Program-made: the position numbers and the translations under genes
Part shown: positions 40,989-50,738 of the stretch, piece by piece
Numbering within the stretch: the stretch's first letter is position 1
Layout of the letters: every line of letters starts with the position of its first letter
Origin: an uncultured Eubacteriales bacterium
GTDB taxonomy: Bacteria > Bacillota > Clostridia > Christensenellales > DTU072
NCBI GenBank assembly: GCA_949292905.1
Contig: CASFAV010000010.1
Span: forward strand, 69,920 to 133,919
Length of the DNA stretch: 64,000 nt
Direction of reading: 5' to 3'
The notes under the pieces: model-generated
The model's database searches: none
Told to the model about the DNA's origin: nothing
Seen by the model: the letters and a program-made list of their open reading frames with translations, nothing else

Positions 40989-42435
40989 CCTTTACCGATT
41001 CGATTGAGTTGTTGTGTTTTTTGAGCGGATCGGAGAAGTAGTAGTTGATGATAATTTTATCGTTGTACAGAATAATGTCGCGGATAAGATATTTCACGAG
41101 AGCTTTTCTTACGCCTATATCCTGTACGTCGCCGCATATCGCCTTGTTCAGGAATTGAATGACTTTTGCGGGAGTGAGTTCTGCGAAGGTGCGTTGCTTT
41201 TCCTGTTCTATATCGAAGTCAAGCTGGGATATCTGGGTTTCGAGTTCTTTCAGGCGCTCTTTGGTTTGTTCGGTGATGATGCCTTGTTCTATGGCGGCAA
41301 TCAGGTTGCGCGACGCTTTCAGAGCGGCTGTTCGTTTTGTTTCAAGCGATTTGATATTGGCGTTGTTTCTTGACTTCTCGTTTATGCGTTTGCATAACAC
41401 CTCTGCTAAGGTTGTCAACGAGCCGTTGTCCGAAAGAAGTTGCCACGTCGTATTGATGACGATATCTTCGAGTTCTTTCTTGCAAGCGGTTTTCAACGTA
41501 CACGGTTTTTTGTCCCTTGAATGTGTCAGGCAAGTATAGTAATAATGCTTTGCGCCGGTTTTGCTTGTTCCGCTTATTCCGACCATCAGACGCTTGCAAT
41601 CTCCGCAGACCAGTTTCCCGGAAAGGATAAAATCAAAGATTTCTTTCTTCCTGCCGGGAGCGTGTTTATTGCTGTCGTGAATGTCTTGTACTTTCTGCCA
41701 TACAACGTCATCAACGATTTTCGGATAGATATTGTCATAAACGGTATCACCGTGTTTTATCTTGCCGTTGTATTTGGTATTCTGGAGCATCTTGTAGATT
41801 GCTTTTTCGGTGAGGTATTTTCCTCTCTTGGTGCGGATTCCTCGCTTGCGCATTTCCTCTGCGATATAAGCTGCCGTGTAGTTCTGTGCATACATTCCGA
41901 AGATTTCCTGTACGATTGCTCCTTCTATGGGATTGACGACGTTTTTCTTGTCTACGACGTCATATCCGAATAAGACCGGTCCGCCTGTATAATTGCCTTT
42001 CAGATAACTTTCTCTCAAGCCTCGCAAGACTTTCTGGGAAAGTTCCGCCGAATAGTATTGGTTCATACCTTCGAGCAGCGATTCAAGGATTATACCTTCG
42101 GGAGAGTCCGGAATGTTCTCCATAGCGGATACAAGTTTCACTCCGTTTTCTTTCAATGTGTGCTTATGGATAGTCATTTCGTACTTGTCCCGCGAAAAGC
42201 GGTCAAGTTTATAAACGATGACGTATTCCCATTGCCGTTTGCTGCTTGCTTTGATCATGCGCTGAAAATCGGGACGCATATCGTTCGTGCCGGTCATTGC
42301 ACGGTCAACGTATGTATCGACGACGAGAAGTTGGTTATTCTTTGCATAGTTCTGACAGACGCGGAGCTGTCCTTCGATGGACTGTTCTGTTTGCGTGTCA
42401 CTGGAATAACGTGCGTAAATCACTGCTTTTTTCAT
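40879..42435 (-). CDS. Large serine recombinase (518 aa)
   Basis: N-terminal resolvase domain MKKAVIYARYSSDTQ (catalytic Ser), recombinase domain, Cys-rich zinc ribbon CGDCKRLM..YYYTC, and a coiled-coil. AAGGAGG RBS. Confidence 0.9.
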   Translation of the reverse strand: MKKAVIYARYSSDTQTEQSIEGQLRVCQNYAKNNQLLVVDTYVDRAMTGTNDMRPDFQRMIKASSKRQWEYVIVYKLDRFSRDKYEMTIHKHTLKENGVKLVSAMENIPDSPEGIILESLLEGMNQYYSAELSQKVLRGLRESYLKGNYTGGPVLFGYDVVDKKNVVNPIEGAIVQEIFGMYAQNYTAAYIAEEMRKRGIRTKRGKYLTEKAIYKMLQNTKYNGKIKHGDTVYDNIYPKIVDDVVWQKVQDIHDSNKHAPGRKKEIFDFILSGKLVCGDCKRLMVGISGTSKTGAKHYYYTCLTHSRDKKPCTLKTACKKELEDIVINTTWQLLSDNGSLTTLAEVLCKRINEKSRNNANIKSLETKRTAALKASRNLIAAIEQGIITEQTKERLKELETQISQLDFDIEQEKQRTFAELTPAKVIQFLNKAICGDVQDIGVRKALVKYLIRDIILYNDKIIINYYFSDPLKKHNNSIESVKETEKQSKEAAPLSDFQSSYKGDNSPPIQKEPVTGSF

Positions 42436-42475
42436 AAATGTTGAGCCTCCTTAATCTTTTTGCTGAATTGTAAAT

Positions 42476-42510
42476 GTTGAACTCGCAGACTATTTGCGAC
42501 TTTGAAGAAA
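42476..42510 (-). promoter_or_regulatory. Palindromic cis element 40 nt upstream of the recombinase start (partner at 56533..56566)
   Basis: Minus-strand reading AAGTCGCAAA-tagtc-TGCGAGTTCAAC followed 3 nt later by TACAAT. Identical outside the 5-nt spacer to the 56.5-kb copy. Confidence 0.6.
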
Positions 42511-42813
42511 CTTTTTGCTCTTTCAACTTTTAACCTCCTTTTGTTTTTTGTCTTTCGACGAAAAGGAGAAATCAGGAAAAGACGAAGGAGTCAAGGAAAC
42601 AGGAAAAAATATTGCATTGAAGTCTTTATTCTTTGAATTTTAAGCGATAATTTTTCCCCTTGATGCCGAAGTCTTTTTCTGATATGTGGAAAAGGCGAAA
42701 GGCAAAAAATCGGTCGAGTTTACCTTTATGTGATAAAAACATTACCTTTTACTGCGGTAAACGTGCGGATAAGGTACTCACACTTTGTTGGCTAATTGAT
42801 TTATCATTTAGCT

Positions 42814-42990
42814 ATGAGAAAAAGAAAACCGACAAATTATCAAACAGAGGTTAACGGTGAACCCTCAATCACCCAAATACCAAAGCATACTCTGGAATCT
42901 TTGGTATTTTCTCTTGAACTTGTCATATATGATATGCTGGAACAAGAAAAATCGGAAAATCAAAGAAAGGAAGAAGAAAAGAGGTCGTGA
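42814..42990 (+). CDS. Possible small protein (58 aa), charged C-terminus
   Basis: ATG ORF ending inside a good terminator hairpin (42978..43006), but no convincing RBS. Confidence 0.25.
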   Translation: MRKRKPTNYQTEVNGEPSITQIPKHTLESLVFSLELVIYDMLEQEKSENQRKEEEKRS

Positions 42991-43103
42991 TAATACGGCC
43001 TCTTTTGTTATGTTTATGAGTGTCATTAAAAACTGACTTTGAAATCTTTACTTTACTTAAAAATTATGATACAATAATTATGTATATTGTTTAGGAGCGT
43101 GTA

Positions 43104-44105
43104 ATGGGAAAAGAAGCCTTCTCTAAAATCAAACTTCTGAAGATATGGGAAATTCTCAAGCAGGACAGCGACGAGAATAATCCGTTGACTACAAATCAGA
43201 TTATAGATAGACTTGGCGCGAGCGGAATTGTTTGCGACCGCAGAACTTTGTATCAGGATATTGCCGCTCTTAACTCTTACGGATATGAAGTGGTCTGTAA
43301 AAAAGGTCAGCATAGCAACTGCTATTATGTGTTGGACAGAAACTTTGATGTGCCCGAACTTCGCATTCTTATAGACGCGGTGCAGGCAGCAAGTTTCATA
43401 TCCCCTAAAAAGACGGAAGAATTGACGGATAAAATAGCTGCTCTCGGCGGCAGTTACCGTGCGGACATTCTCAAAAAGAACATTGTAGAGTTTAATACGA
43501 CCAAGCACAGTAACGAACATATTTACTATACCGTAAATACGATAGAAGACGCTATTCTCGCCGAAAAGAAGATAGCCTTTCAGTATTTTGATCTGAACGA
43601 ACGTCACGAGCGTGTCTTTAGAAAGAACGGCGAGAAGTATAAGACAAATCCCGTTGCGATGGTCTTTTCAAATGACAATTATTATCTGATCTGCTATCAC
43701 GATAATCACGACAACATTACAACTTATCGTATAGACAGAATGTTGAATGCCGAGATGCTTTCCGATGAAATCAATACAAAAGTCAGACCGAAGGCGCTAA
43801 GTATATCGAAGCATCGCAAGCAAGCGTTTTCTATGTTTGGCGGAGAGATACAAACGGTGCGTTTTGAGGCGGATCGAGATATGTTGGACGTTATCTTCGA
43901 TAAGTTTGGCGAGGATATGAGCATAACTTCACTCGGTACGGATAGAATTTCGTTTTCTGCCGAAGTTCAGATAAGCCCGATGTTTTTCGGTTGGTGCTGT
44001 GCATTCGGTGAGAGGTTGAAAGTGGTTTCACCTGAAAAAACATTAGTTGCTTTAAAAGACTACATTCGAAATTTATCTCACGTCTATTGTATTCAGGGGG
44101 TATAG
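43104..44105 (+). CDS. WYL-domain transcriptional regulator (HTH-WYL-C-terminal extension; BrxR/CapW-like architecture)
   Basis: N-terminal wHTH (LTTNQIIDRLG..CDRRTLYQDI), WYL core YYLICYHDNHDNITTYRIDRM, and a C-terminal ~90-aa extension. AGGAG RBS. Confidence 0.85.
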   Translation: MGKEAFSKIKLLKIWEILKQDSDENNPLTTNQIIDRLGASGIVCDRRTLYQDIAALNSYGYEVVCKKGQHSNCYYVLDRNFDVPELRILIDAVQAASFISPKKTEELTDKIAALGGSYRADILKKNIVEFNTTKHSNEHIYYTVNTIEDAILAEKKIAFQYFDLNERHERVFRKNGEKYKTNPVAMVFSNDNYYLICYHDNHDNITTYRIDRMLNAEMLSDEINTKVRPKALSISKHRKQAFSMFGGEIQTVRFEADRDMLDVIFDKFGEDMSITSLGTDRISFSAEVQISPMFFGWCCAFGERLKVVSPEKTLVALKDYIRNLSHVYCIQGV

Positions 44106-44108
44106 GCT

Positions 44109-45884
44109 ATGTTACCAACAGATGTCATTGAAAATGATGCAGTTTATGAAGTAAACAAAGCTTTAAATAGCACAGGATACTTATCTCCCAATATACCCAC
44201 AAAAAATACTGAACCATCATGGGATGGTGAAGTTATATTATACTCTGATGCATTTGACCATAAAAAAGAGAATATAGTGGGTAAAATCAGAATTCAAGTT
44301 AAAGGCACTATGGACGAAGAGTTCCCCAATGGGAAGATAAGGTTTCCTGTCAGTGTAGTTGATCTTAATAATTATTATAAGACAGGCGGGGTAATTTATT
44401 TTGTCGTTCATGTCAATCAAGATCACTCAACTAAAATATACTATGAGACTTTTACGAAAGTGAAATTGACTAGCATATTGTCAAATTGTAAAGAGCAAAA
44501 AACAAAAACTATTGAATTTTTGCCATTACCCAATGATCCACTTACCGTTGCAAGGATTTTTTTTCAATTCAATATTGATAGTGAGAAACAATATAGCTAT
44601 ACCGAAGATAATATGCTTACATTTGAGAATAATAATGATAATATATCTAAAATATCATTTACTATATCCTGTTTAGGATGCAATGGTAATATTGGGAAAG
44701 CATTATTTTCAAATGAAGAAGTATATTTATATGGTTCTACTAATGAAAACGAAAATATTCAAATACCATTTAAAATGATTCCCAAAGATATTATAATCGG
44801 GAAAACGGTTAATTATAGAATTTATGCCAATGGGAAATTATTTTATGAATCTTATTCAATTCAAGAGAGCAAACATGAGAGAATTATATGTATCGGAAAT
44901 AGTCTTAAATTACATATAAATTCATTGGTCGAAAGTGTCAATGTAAAAATTAATCTGATTAATACCTTAAATGAAAGAATTCAGGACTTGGATTTTTTAA
45001 TTAATGTTGCGTACGGCAAAGGATTTACAATTAATAATTCAATGTTTGATATGGATATTAAGGACAAATTAGATTTACTCAAATTACGAAAACAATTAAA
45101 ATTTCTTAAAAATATTAAGAAATTATTTGGAATTTTACATATAAGTAATAATATCGATATTACAAAGCTAACTAAAGATGACGTAAATAAGTTAGGTGAA
45201 TTGGTAACAGCTTTTATTGACAAGAAAAGATTAACATTTATTCATGATATTCCTGAAATAATAAAGTATGTTATCGCGGATATGCAAATTTTAATTTTTG
45301 CAAAAAAATACGATAAAGTTGAAAACTCTTATAAGTTAAAAGACTTATTTAATTCTAATCTAGATTTTGCTTATTCTACACCAAAAGGGTTCGAACAAGT
45401 AACGGTATATTCTGTGTTAAAAGCTGATGATTATAATACTTTTTCCAATATTGATTATTGTAATATAGTCGACAAGTATAAAAAGTTTTATACCAAAAAC
45501 AAAAATTTGCCTCAATATGCGAACTATAATGTGTTAGAATTATTATCGGCTTATGATAAATCAAGTAATACAACCCAGTTAGAGGTAGCAGATAAATTAA
45601 CAGATTGGATTATTGAAGTGGATCCAGAAGGATATTCTGTATATTTATTAAACAAATTTCAAATAACCAAACGAAAAAGAAAACTTAATGACGAAGAAAA
45701 TGAAAAATTATATGAATTGATTGAGACTCCTAATAGCGCTGAAGAAATAAAATTGGGTGCTTACATATTACTGGATAATAGCATAATGGCAAAAAAATAT
45801 TTCGAGAAATTGAGTGAAAGTCAAAAAGAAGAATTTATAAAGTATCCAATATATAAACGCTTTGGAGAAAAGTTGTTGAAATAA
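44109..45884 (+). CDS. Unassigned 591-aa protein, N-terminal PD-(D/E)xK-like (DUF4365/Mrr-like) region
   Basis: Starts 3 nt after the WYL gene stop, with its own AGGGGG RBS. PSWDGEVILYSD...GKIRIQVKGT near the N-terminus. The rest is K/N/I-rich without a recognisable motif. Most AT-rich gene of the island. Confidence 0.55.
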   Translation: MLPTDVIENDAVYEVNKALNSTGYLSPNIPTKNTEPSWDGEVILYSDAFDHKKENIVGKIRIQVKGTMDEEFPNGKIRFPVSVVDLNNYYKTGGVIYFVVHVNQDHSTKIYYETFTKVKLTSILSNCKEQKTKTIEFLPLPNDPLTVARIFFQFNIDSEKQYSYTEDNMLTFENNNDNISKISFTISCLGCNGNIGKALFSNEEVYLYGSTNENENIQIPFKMIPKDIIIGKTVNYRIYANGKLFYESYSIQESKHERIICIGNSLKLHINSLVESVNVKINLINTLNERIQDLDFLINVAYGKGFTINNSMFDMDIKDKLDLLKLRKQLKFLKNIKKLFGILHISNNIDITKLTKDDVNKLGELVTAFIDKKRLTFIHDIPEIIKYVIADMQILIFAKKYDKVENSYKLKDLFNSNLDFAYSTPKGFEQVTVYSVLKADDYNTFSNIDYCNIVDKYKKFYTKNKNLPQYANYNVLELLSAYDKSSNTTQLEVADKLTDWIIEVDPEGYSVYLLNKFQITKRKRKLNDEENEKLYELIETPNSAEEIKLGAYILLDNSIMAKKYFEKLSESQKEEFIKYPIYKRFGEKLLK

Positions 45885-45906
45885 ATGCTGATGTGAGGAA
45901 ATACAA

Positions 45907-48900
45907 ATGAATAATTGTATTTATGGAAAATTTAATGAGGCTACTCGTGTGCAAATGCCGGCGATGATACATTTGTCCCGCCTTGGTTATCAATATTTCG
46001 GAAAAGTTACAGAGGATATGGCAGGAACCGTTTTCGATCCTGACACTAATATCTTGACTCAAATATTCGTCGAGCAATTCAAAAAGTTAAATCCTTTGCA
46101 TGAAGGCGAGGCTTTGCAAATGCTTAAAACCATACGCCAGGAGTTGGACAACGACGATTTAGGACGTAGCTTTTATAATCGGCTTAAAACGGTTTCGCCT
46201 GTCAAACTCATTGATTTTGAAAACATACAAAACAACGTATTTCATTACACGGCAGAGTTTACATGCAGACGGGATCAGGACGAGTTTCGCCCCGATATAA
46301 CGCTTTTCGTTAACGGACTTCCGCTTGTTTTCATTGAGGTTAAAAAACCCAATAATCACGGAGGAATTGTAGCGGAAAGCGAGAGAATGAATAGCCAGCG
46401 TTTTCCTAATAAAAAATTCCGCCGTTTTATTAACATAACGCAGTTGATGATTTTCTCCAACAATATGGAATATGACGCCGCAGGCGGAATCGTTCCTATT
46501 CAAGGGGCTTTTTATTGTACTGCTGCCAGAGAAAGCGCTCCGTTTAATTGCTTTAGAGAAGAAAATAAAAACAATCTTTCTGTCGCTCCGTATAATCAAA
46601 ATTACCCTTATAAAGATGTTGATACGGAACTTGAAAAGAAAATTCTTACGGATTTTAACTGTCAGGTCATCAGACATACGCCTGAATATCAGACAAACTT
46701 AAATATCAATAGTCCTACCAATCGTGTTATCACTTCGATGTGCTCACCCGAACGGCTGTTGTTTTTGTTGAAATACGGTATTGCGTATGTAAAAATGGAG
46801 CGCGAAGTTGACGGCAAAATTGAGTCCGTCGATCAAAAGCACATTATGCGTTATCAGCAATTTTTTGCGGCGCTTGCGGTCAGGGAAAAATTAAGACAAG
46901 GCGCAAAATCGGGAGTAATTTGGCATACGCAAGGTAGCGGAAAAACGGCGTTGTCGTACTATCTTACTTATGTACTTTCCGATTTCTATGCCGGGCAAAA
47001 CAAAGTTGCTAAATTCTACTTCATCGTTGACAGACTCGACTTGCTAGAGCAGGCTTCGCAAGAATTCGAAGCGCGCGGGTTAGAAGTTAAAACGGCAAAT
47101 ACGCGTGCAGAGTTAATGGCACAATTCCGTACAAATCAAGCGTTAGAAGGTTATTCGGGAAAGCCTGAAATTACGGTCGTTAATATTCAGCGGTTTGCGG
47201 AAGATACGGAAAAGGTGGATTTGCCCGATTACGCTACAAATTTGCAAAGGATCTTTATTATCGACGAGGCACACCGCGGCTATAATCCGAAGGGGTGTTT
47301 CCTTGCAAACCTTTTTGATGCCGATGTCAATTCGATAAAGATTGCTTTAACCGGAACTCCTCTTTTGAAAGAGGAGCGTGCTTCGTGGAGAGTTTTCGGC
47401 GAATACTTCCACACTTACTATTACGACAAATCCATACAGGACGGGTATACTCTCAAAATCATACGAGAAGATATAGAAACTTCTTATCGTGAGCGTTTAT
47501 CCCAAATATATGAACGACTGGAAACGCTTGTTCAAAAGAAAGATTTAAGAAAGTCGCAAATTATTGAACATGAAAGTTATGTGCACGATTTACTGTCGTA
47601 TATCATTAACGACCTAAAACGCTTCCGTAAAATTCAAGCCGATGACACCTTAGGCGGAATGATTATTTGCGAAACAAGCGAACAGGCACGCAAAATGTAT
47701 GCGTTATTCGATGAGGTTCAATTAGAGTTGAACCGTGACGATAAGTACAAGAGTAATTTCAAAGTCGGGCTGATATTGCACGATAGCGACGATAAAGAAA
47801 TAAGGAAACAGATCGTAAAAGATTTTAAAAAGAATATGACCGTTGACGTTCTTATCGTCTTCAATATGTTGTTGACCGGGTTTGACGCTCCGAGATTGAA
47901 AAGGCTGTATCTCGGTAGAAAACTTAAAGACCATAATTTGCTTCAGGCAATTACGCGAGTCAACCGGCCTTATAAACAAAACCGTTACGGATACATAATT
48001 GACTTTGCCGATATAAAGCAAAATTTTGAACAGACCAATGCGGCATATCTCCATGAGCTAAACAGGTTCAACGATCCCGATGAAACGGGGCTCGGTTGTC
48101 AGGAACTCGATACTTTCAGCCAGGTCATTGAGGATAAAGAAGCATTGATCGCACAGATGCAGGAAGTGCGTCAAATACTGTTTAATTACAGCACCGATAA
48201 TGTCGAAGAATTTAGTTCCGAAATATCCACTATTGAGGATAAAGAGGAATTGCTTCGTTTGAAAAAGGTGCTGACTTCCGCCCGCGACTGTTATAATATA
48301 GTGCGTACATTCGGAGACGACGAGCTGAAAGCGGCTTTCGCCAAACTACAAATCGAAAAACTGCCCGCCATGATTTCCGAAGTGCAGCATCACATTGACA
48401 ATATCAATCAAAAAGAAGCTTTTGCCGAAGAAGATGCGATCAAGCATGCTGTAAATGAGGCGATGCTTGACATTACCTTTAATTTCAGCAAAATAGGACA
48501 AGAAGAATTAAAATTGGCATCAGGCGGAGAAAAGTTCCATGAAAAATGGCAACGTACAATTCATGCGTTTATGGATAATATCGATCCTGATGATCCCGAA
48601 TATATAACTTTGCACGAAGCATTTGTTTTGCGGTTCAAAGAAAAAGGCTTTGTCCCTGAGACAATAGAAGAATTCAAAGAACATTCCCGTGCGCTGGATG
48701 AAATTCTTAAAAAGCTTTCGGAACTACAAAAACGCAATGCCGTTTTGCTCAAAAAGTATAACGGCGACGCCAAATTCGCCAGAGTGCATAAACGTATTCG
48801 GGAAGAAAACGCAATTCGTCGCACAAGAGGTCAAAAACCCATCATTTCCGATTTTGACGAAGCGGTCATGGAAGTTTTAAGTACGATTAAAACGGATGTG

Positions 48901-49092
48901 GATCAGAAAGTATATGACCGAAACGATATACTCAAAAAAGACGCCTATTTCGAGCAAACCGTCATGTCAGAAATTACGAAAGGTTTGAAAAAACTGGGGC
49001 TTGACAGCAGTCGTGACGACAGAATATTTATTCAGTCGCGCATTGCGGGACAGTATCTTAGCCAGTACAACGCCACATATCCGGCAGCATAA
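45907..49092 (+). CDS. hsdR: Type I restriction enzyme, R subunit
   Basis: HsdR N-terminal nuclease region (VQMPAMIHLSRLGY.., FIEVKKP), helicase motifs HTQGSGKT (motif I) and IIDEAHRG (DEAH), later QAITRVNR. Confidence 0.9.
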   Translation: MNNCIYGKFNEATRVQMPAMIHLSRLGYQYFGKVTEDMAGTVFDPDTNILTQIFVEQFKKLNPLHEGEALQMLKTIRQELDNDDLGRSFYNRLKTVSPVKLIDFENIQNNVFHYTAEFTCRRDQDEFRPDITLFVNGLPLVFIEVKKPNNHGGIVAESERMNSQRFPNKKFRRFINITQLMIFSNNMEYDAAGGIVPIQGAFYCTAARESAPFNCFREENKNNLSVAPYNQNYPYKDVDTELEKKILTDFNCQVIRHTPEYQTNLNINSPTNRVITSMCSPERLLFLLKYGIAYVKMEREVDGKIESVDQKHIMRYQQFFAALAVREKLRQGAKSGVIWHTQGSGKTALSYYLTYVLSDFYAGQNKVAKFYFIVDRLDLLEQASQEFEARGLEVKTANTRAELMAQFRTNQALEGYSGKPEITVVNIQRFAEDTEKVDLPDYATNLQRIFIIDEAHRGYNPKGCFLANLFDADVNSIKIALTGTPLLKEERASWRVFGEYFHTYYYDKSIQDGYTLKIIREDIETSYRERLSQIYERLETLVQKKDLRKSQIIEHESYVHDLLSYIINDLKRFRKIQADDTLGGMIICETSEQARKMYALFDEVQLELNRDDKYKSNFKVGLILHDSDDKEIRKQIVKDFKKNMTVDVLIVFNMLLTGFDAPRLKRLYLGRKLKDHNLLQAITRVNRPYKQNRYGYIIDFADIKQNFEQTNAAYLHELNRFNDPDETGLGCQELDTFSQVIEDKEALIAQMQEVRQILFNYSTDNVEEFSSEISTIEDKEELLRLKKVLTSARDCYNIVRTFGDDELKAAFAKLQIEKLPAMISEVQHHIDNINQKEAFAEEDAIKHAVNEAMLDITFNFSKIGQEELKLASGGEKFHEKWQRTIHAFMDNIDPDDPEYITLHEAFVLRFKEKGFVPETIEEFKEHSRALDEILKKLSELQKRNAVLLKKYNGDAKFARVHKRIREENAIRRTRGQKPIISDFDEAVMEVLSTIKTDVDQKVYDRNDILKKDAYFEQTVMSEITKGLKKLGLDSSRDDRIFIQSRIAGQYLSQYNATYPAA

Positions 49093-49106
49093 TTTAGGAG
49101 TAACAA

Positions 49107-50738
49107 ATGACGATTAAAGAAAAAACGATAGCATTGATCGATGCGCTGAAAGCTACTTGCCAGACATACGGCATGGGCAATGACGGTAACGAATACAAGA
49201 TAATAACGCAAGTGTTTTTGTATAAGTTTATCAACGATAAATTCGGTTATGAAGTCAAGCGAATCAGCCCGAAACTCGCAACCGCCGATAAATGGGAAGA
49301 AACATATTGCCAAATGTCTGAAGAAGAAAGACTCGAGCTTTTCGACGAGCTTGTCGATATTCCTCATCTTTGGCCCGAACACTTAATTTCCACTCTTTGG
49401 AATCAACAGTCAAAGGGCGATTTCGATCTGATATTCGATAGCACAATGACGGACATTGCCGATAAAAACATAGATATTTGGTCAACGCAAACGACGTTGA
49501 ATACCAAAATTCCGCTTTTCGAAAAGCTGACGATATTTGTTACGGATGAGGCCCAGCGCGCTCCTTTTGCAAGGGCTTTGGTAGATAAGCTTGTCAATTT
49601 CTCTTTTGAAGATGCTTTCGCCGAGCATTACGACTTTTTTGCCGCGATTTTCGAATATTTGATCAAAGACTACAATACAGCCGGCGGCGGTAAATACGCA
49701 GAATATTACACCCCGCACGCTATCGCAACGATTATGGCTCGCTTGTTAGTCGGAGAACAGCCCAATCTTCATAATATCGAATGTTACGACCCTTCTGCCG
49801 GAACTGGTACATTACTTATTGCTTTGGCTCATCAAATTGGTGAAGAAAAATGTACTATTTTTGCGCAAGATATATCTCAAAAAAGTAATAAGATGTTGAA
49901 ATTAAATTTAATACTCAATGGTTTAATTTCTTCTCTTGACCATGCAATACAGGGAGATACTTTAACAGATCCGTATCACAAAAGCAATGACAAACAGTAT
50001 TTGCGTCAATTTGATTTTATAGTATCAAATCCTCCTTTTAAGTTGGATTTCCCGGACACACATAAAAAAATAGCGGTGCAAACAGCTCGATTTTGGGCAG
50101 GTGTACCGAAGGTGCCCAAAAAAATTGACCCTAAAAAGCCTAAAATGGCGATTTACACTTGTTTCCTTCAGCATGTTATTAACTCATTAAAACCCGATAT
50201 AGGCAAAGGCGCAATCGTTGTACCTACAGGTTTCTTGACTGCAAAAAATGGTGTTGAATGCAAAATATTAGAAAAAATAGTGGATGAGCACATCGTTTAC
50301 GGTTGTATCAGTATGCCGTCAAATGTTTTTGCCACGACAGGCACCAACGTTTCCGTTTTGTTTTTTGACAATTCGCGCCCCACGGACAAAGTTGTTTTGA
50401 TAGACGCCTCGAAACTCGGTGAAGAGTACAAAGACGGGAACAACCAAAAACGACGTTTGCGTGACGATGAGATAGACAAAATTGTCAACACTTTCTTGAA
50501 CAAAGAAGTTGTTGATGACTTCTCCGTTGCCGTTACTTATGATGAAATAAAGGAGAAAAAATATTCTCTTGCCGCAGGACAATATTTTGACGTTAAAATC
50601 GAATATGTACCTCTCACGCAGGAAGAATTCATTGCCAAAATGAATAAATATACCGAGGATCTTGAAAAGCTTTTTGCCGAAGGCGACAAATTGCAAAAAG
50701 CGATTTTTGAGCAGCTTAAGAAGGTAAAATATGAGTGA
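49107..50738 (+). CDS. hsdM: Type I R-M N6-adenine DNA methyltransferase, M subunit
   Basis: EYYTP, DPSAGTGT (SAM motif I), and VSNPPF (motif IV). Confidence 0.9.
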   Translation: MTIKEKTIALIDALKATCQTYGMGNDGNEYKIITQVFLYKFINDKFGYEVKRISPKLATADKWEETYCQMSEEERLELFDELVDIPHLWPEHLISTLWNQQSKGDFDLIFDSTMTDIADKNIDIWSTQTTLNTKIPLFEKLTIFVTDEAQRAPFARALVDKLVNFSFEDAFAEHYDFFAAIFEYLIKDYNTAGGGKYAEYYTPHAIATIMARLLVGEQPNLHNIECYDPSAGTGTLLIALAHQIGEEKCTIFAQDISQKSNKMLKLNLILNGLISSLDHAIQGDTLTDPYHKSNDKQYLRQFDFIVSNPPFKLDFPDTHKKIAVQTARFWAGVPKVPKKIDPKKPKMAIYTCFLQHVINSLKPDIGKGAIVVPTGFLTAKNGVECKILEKIVDEHIVYGCISMPSNVFATTGTNVSVLFFDNSRPTDKVVLIDASKLGEEYKDGNNQKRRLRDDEIDKIVNTFLNKEVVDDFSVAVTYDEIKEKKYSLAAGQYFDVKIEYVPLTQEEFIAKMNKYTEDLEKLFAEGDKLQKAIFEQLKKVKYE

